Positions 60,410-64,000 of a DNA stretch of 64,000 bases are shown here, one piece after another. The position numbers were made by a program, and so were the translations under genes. Each line of letters begins with the position of its first letter. Within the stretch, counting starts at the first letter, position 1. The stretch spans positions 2,080,001 to 2,144,000 of the forward strand of contig CAVYGB010000002.1 in the NCBI GenBank assembly GCA_963767925.1, written 5' to 3'. The notes beneath the pieces are model-generated. The model was not told where the DNA came from. It saw nothing but the letters and a program-made list of their open reading frames with translations, and ran no database searches. This DNA comes from an uncultured delta proteobacterium (GTDB lineage: Bacteria; Myxococcota_A; Polyangia; Fen-1088).

Positions 60410-61141
60410 ATGAGCGCAGCCAACGAAAGGAAGACCTTTTCAATGCCAACAGCCGCTGCCGTCGTCTCCTTCCCCAAGTCCGGGCGCACCTGGTTGCGCG
60501 TCATGCTGGACCAGCTGGCGGTGCGCTGCGGTTACCACCACGATCAATCGGGCCAAAAAGCGGCGGTTCCTTTTGAGCGCATGAACGTTCCCGGGGCGAA
60601 ATTCAATGGCAGGCGGGTCGTATTCCTGAGTCGGGATCCGCGCGACGCTCTAGTATCGGGCTATTTTCACGTCACCCGGCGGCACCAGGGCTATCAAGAC
60701 GACCTGTCTTCGTTCATTCGGGATTCGCGTCATGGAATCGAGAAGGTCGCCCGGTTCAATCTCGCGTGGCGTATGCGACCACCGGTTGGCTCTCTCGTGC
60801 ACAGGGTGACCTACGAGGAACTCATGGCCGACACGTTTCGAGGGTTGACGGAGATCCTGAAACATCTGGATGTGGAGAGAACTCCGGAGACCATCAGGCA
60901 GGTCGTGTCCGACAACACGTTCGAGAGAATGCGTGCGCGAGAGGCAACCGGGATCTACGCTCCCCGTTACGGCTCGAAATTGATGCCAGGCGACCCGGCG
61001 GATGAGGAGAGCTTCAAAGTGAGAAAGGGCAAGGTAGGTGGTTATCGCGATTACCTGAGCGCGGAGGACGTGAGCTACTGCGACTCGGTCCTTGCTCGCC
61101 TCGGATACTGGGAGGTGGTTGGGCACAGCCGCTCGCGGTGA
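60410..61141 (+). CDS. Sulfotransferase domain protein
   Basis: SFPKSGRTWL, RDPRDALVS, YEEL and RKGKVGGY. Confidence 0.9.
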   Translation: MSAANERKTFSMPTAAAVVSFPKSGRTWLRVMLDQLAVRCGYHHDQSGQKAAVPFERMNVPGAKFNGRRVVFLSRDPRDALVSGYFHVTRRHQGYQDDLSSFIRDSRHGIEKVARFNLAWRMRPPVGSLVHRVTYEELMADTFRGLTEILKHLDVERTPETIRQVVSDNTFERMRAREATGIYAPRYGSKLMPGDPADEESFKVRKGKVGGYRDYLSAEDVSYCDSVLARLGYWEVVGHSRSR

Positions 61142-61175
61142 GCGTCAAGATGGTTGTCGCCTTGATCGGGCACGG

Positions 61176-62084
61176 ATGGTGAAATCGGAACAGGGACGAG
61201 GGATCGTGTCCGTCTACTTCAGGGGCCATGAAGGGCGTCTGGGAAACCACCTCGCGCAGTACTGTATCGGCCGCCTCCTGGCATCCGAGCTAGATCGCGA
61301 CCTGGTGAGCGAGAGTAAGCCTGGCTTTCCCAACGTGGGCTGCGTCCTCAAGGGACCGATCGATAGCAGTGTCGGCGGGGAGATCCTGGAGCTCACGGGT
61401 CACCGTCTGGATCTGACGGAGTTGCGGCGTCAGCCGCTCCCCGATCTGCTGGTGATCAAGGGCCACTTTCTTCGTTACGAGAATTTCCACCCATACAAGA
61501 CCGCGATACGCGAATCCTGGTTGGTCAGCGACAGAGCGATCGAGAAGCTGCCCGCGGATGTCTTGACGATACACGTCCGCTCAGGGGACATCTGGAAGAT
61601 CAGCGGCAAGAGAAGGGTTAAAGCCGATTACCCCGCATTGCCCTTCTCGTATTACGAGGAAATCGTGAGCTCCCGTCTGTGGAGCCGGATCCTCGTAGTC
61701 AGCGAAGATGCTGGCGACCCGATGGTGCAGAAGCTGGCGTCCCGTTTCGGCGCGGAGGTACGGTCGGGGAGCCCGCTCGACGATTTCAACCAGCTGCGGG
61801 CCAGCGCCAACCTCGTCTTGTCGGTCAGCACCTTTGCCTGGTGGGCGGGCTGGTTGTCGCACGCCCAACGCATCTATTATCCCGTTGCCGGTCTCTTCGA
61901 TCCCGATCGGCAGCGACTGCGCTCCTTCGAGTGGCAACACGATTTCTGGGTCGGCGACGAGGATCGCTATATCGCCATCCGGCCGCCGGATGTCACCGGC
62001 GACTGGCGAGGCGAGGAAGATGATCGGCAGCGGATGCTCGATTCTCGGGCGCCCTGTCTGTGGAATGTGAAGATGCCATGCTAA
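61176..62084 (+). CDS. Alpha-1,2-fucosyltransferase-like glycosyltransferase (GT11-like)
   Basis: GRLGNHLAQY, IHVRSGD, and STFAWWAGWL. Confidence 0.8.
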   Translation: MVKSEQGRGIVSVYFRGHEGRLGNHLAQYCIGRLLASELDRDLVSESKPGFPNVGCVLKGPIDSSVGGEILELTGHRLDLTELRRQPLPDLLVIKGHFLRYENFHPYKTAIRESWLVSDRAIEKLPADVLTIHVRSGDIWKISGKRRVKADYPALPFSYYEEIVSSRLWSRILVVSEDAGDPMVQKLASRFGAEVRSGSPLDDFNQLRASANLVLSVSTFAWWAGWLSHAQRIYYPVAGLFDPDRQRLRSFEWQHDFWVGDEDRYIAIRPPDVTGDWRGEEDDRQRMLDSRAPCLWNVKMPC

Positions 62085-62167
62085 GATGGCACAGAGGCAT
62101 CCCGACGCTCTGTCCTGAGCCTGGAAATCAACTCCCCGCCGCGGCCCGACCACCCGCGGACGCTTTT

Positions 62168-62898
62168 TCAGGAGTCCTGAGCCGGGCCGCCTATTTCCGC
62201 GCGTGCGGGGGGAGCGCCGCCGGGCGGTTGCCTCAGAGCGGCCAGGTGCCCGAGTGCACTCACGTGCACGTAGCCCACCATGGCAGGGACCATCTCGAGT
62301 CCCGCGGTGAGGCTGATGGAGAACCGCCGGTTTCCCGTTCCGAGGAAGAGCGTTCCGCCCGGGCCCACGTGTATCACAATGCCGCCCTCCTCGCGAAAGT
62401 TCCCTGGATTGAGCTCCTCCCGAGTCCGTAAACGTCGTTCACGATCGACCGTGAGGTACATCCAATCGTATGTCTGGCACATGCGCAGGGCGGCCTCCGG
62501 GATGTTCAAGCCGCCGCGGATCGATTTGGTCTCGAGGTACTTGAGGATCCTCTGATACATCGACGTGTCTTCCCATTCGCCACCGTTATCCAACGGTGAA
62601 TGCAGGAGGCGACCCTTTTTTTCTGACTCACGGGGATGACGACGCCACCGAACGGGGGAAACTCCGATTCGACAACGGTCCCAGTATCGGCGTGAACCCG
62701 GTGGGCTCTAAAGACCGCGCTGCCGAACCTGATGGCCCTGGTGACCTCGGCTGGCTTGACCCAGATTCGCTCACAACGGAGTGGTGCTTTCTCACCGTAT
62801 TTCTCGCGATTCAGCCGATCCCGACCATGAAATGGGATAACTATTTGCACGTCGGCTTCCTTGATTGGTGTCGATCGCTCTCTTGATTTCAAGTTCAA
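62168..62898 (-). pseudogene. ParB/sulfiredoxin-like hypothetical protein (third, divergent homolog), frameshift near 62590
   Basis: KYGEKAPLRCERIWVKP in one frame; WEDT...NFREEGGIVIHVGPGGTLFLGTGNRRFSIS...VPAMVG in the next. Confidence 0.65.
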
Positions 62899-62926
62899 GA
62901 TCAGAAGCTCCCGGGTTCCTGGCGCC

Positions 62927-63070
62927 TCAGCGAAAACCCTGCGCCTGCAGCTCGAACAGCTCGGCGTAGCGACAGCGTGCCTTCAACAGGTCTCCGTGGC
63001 TGCCGTTCGCGGCGATCATTCCTTCGCGCACGACCACGATCGGGTCGGCCATGCGGACGCTGGGGAACCG
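62927..63070 (-). pseudogene. ABC transporter ATP-binding protein C-terminal remnant
   Basis: RFPSVRMADPIVVVREGMIAANGSHGDLLKARCRYAELFELQAQGFR-stop. Confidence 0.8.
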
Positions 63071-63326
63071 TATTCCGATTTCAGCGTCCGTGTCCGATCG
63101 TCATCCGTCAAGGTCACTGTGATCGTGAAGTCTACGTCTGGGTGGCGTCGGGCATGCTGCCGCAAACCGCGGCGAGCCGCTCCGGATGCGCTGGGACCAT
63201 CCGGACTTCTCCGACCTGCCGCTGGCGGTCTGGGCGGGTGCGCGACAACGTCCCCAGCTGGTCGGCGCAATTTGCGACTGGGGACAGCGGCGGCGGGCTG
63301 GCAGGATCGCTCGGTTGGTGACGAAG

Positions 63327-64000
63327 ATGGCACAACAGGCATACCGACGCTGTGTTTTGAGCCTGGGAATCAACTCCCCGCAGCTGCCCGACCACCCGCG
63401 GACGCTTTTTCAGGACTACAAGCGCGGTCTGCTCCGGATCCGCGACCAGCTGTCCGCCATGCACTTCGCGGGTGACTTCGTTTTCTGGGACCAGGACTAC
63501 CCGCCGGGAGCGCCCCGACACGAAGAGGCCCGTTTCGCCTTCAAGCCCTTCTGTTTCGAGGAAGCCAGGCGGCGAGGCTACCAGCTGGCGCTGTGGATGG
63601 ACTCATGTGTCGTCATCAATGACGGCACCTGGCTCGACCTCCTCTTCGACGTTATCCGCGATCAGGGCTACTTGTTCGTGTCGGAATCGCACTCTGTCGG
63701 GATGTTCTGCCGCGACGAGGCCCTCCCGGCCCTCGGGATCACCCGGGAGGAGTCCTTCCGCCTGCCCTCGGCCTGGGGATGCGTCATCGGCCTGAACCTG
63801 ACTGATGAGCGCTCGCTGCGCTTCCTGGAGTCATGGAAACGGCTCGCCGCCGAGGGGACCAGCTTCCGCGGTCCGAAATGGAGCGGCGAGCGCGGCGCGC
63901 CCCGGACCGCATCCCCCGACCCCCGGGTGCGCGGGCATCGCAGCCAGGGCGCCATGAGCGTGGTGGCGCTCCAGTTGGAGATGAACCGCTGGCTGAGCAA
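63327..64000 (+). CDS. Nucleotide-diphospho-sugar transferase-like (GT-A/DUF1647-like) protein, 3'-truncated by window edge
   Basis: Open frame absent from the ORF track: MAQQAYRRCVLSLGIN...FAFKPFCFEEARRRGYQLALWMDS...VRGHRSQGAMS. Confidence 0.7.
   Translation, partial: MAQQAYRRCVLSLGINSPQLPDHPRTLFQDYKRGLLRIRDQLSAMHFAGDFVFWDQDYPPGAPRHEEARFAFKPFCFEEARRRGYQLALWMDSCVVINDGTWLDLLFDVIRDQGYLFVSESHSVGMFCRDEALPALGITREESFRLPSAWGCVIGLNLTDERSLRFLESWKRLAAEGTSFRGPKWSGERGAPRTASPDPRVRGHRSQGAMSVVALQLEMNRWLS

Larger units (their letters stand above)
62083..63415 (+). repeat. ~90-bp imperfect direct repeats (62083-62173 and 63324-63415)
   Basis: AAGATGGCAC...GAGCCTGG(A/G)AATCAACTCCCCGC...CCCGACCACCCGCGGACGCTTTTTCAGGA occurs at both sites. 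Confidence 0.9.

Noticed and set aside
57931..62898. Plasmid or chromosome partition system
   Set aside because: No parA, no HTH domain and no parS-like palindromes were recognised.

Overview
This is a high-GC window with myxobacterial/deltaproteobacterial-style genes. The first ~17 kb looks like core chromosome. It holds a giant Cys-rich surface protein, a Ser/Thr kinase-TPR-lipoprotein trio, an atypical receiver protein, a PmoA-like (DUF6807) protein, a methyltransferase, a pfk-ppc pair with three single-base frameshifts, and a pseudokinase. A decayed DUF222-HNH gene with a Myxococcus-type LexA-box-like site follows at ~17.6-18.2 kb. The remaining ~46 kb is an AT-richer accessory island for glycan or glycoconjugate synthesis and tailoring. 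Its tightly coupled 18.7-35.9 kb block encodes an (alpha/alpha)6-barrel-like protein, GT4/GT8 glycosyltransferases, a clan-CD peptidase-like protein, a class-III aminotransferase, two aldo-keto reductases, an Fe/2OG dioxygenase, a HAD hydrolase, an APH-like kinase, a 59-aa peptide, an SGNH protein and an SxtJ-carbamoyltransferase fusion. After it comes a mosaic of GMC oxidoreductases, sulfotransferases, wecB, a radical SAM enzyme, a RIO kinase, UDP-sugar enzymes, a sulfatase and more glycosyltransferases. The last 12 kb is heavily shuffled, with IS5 and IS1380 relics, a (GTTCCC)15 tract and duplications. It also carries three ParB/sulfiredoxin-like genes, each directly behind the orphan 3' tail of an ABC-transporter gene. 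No rRNA, tRNA or CRISPR array was recognised. All product calls come from motif recognition by eye; no database searches were run.
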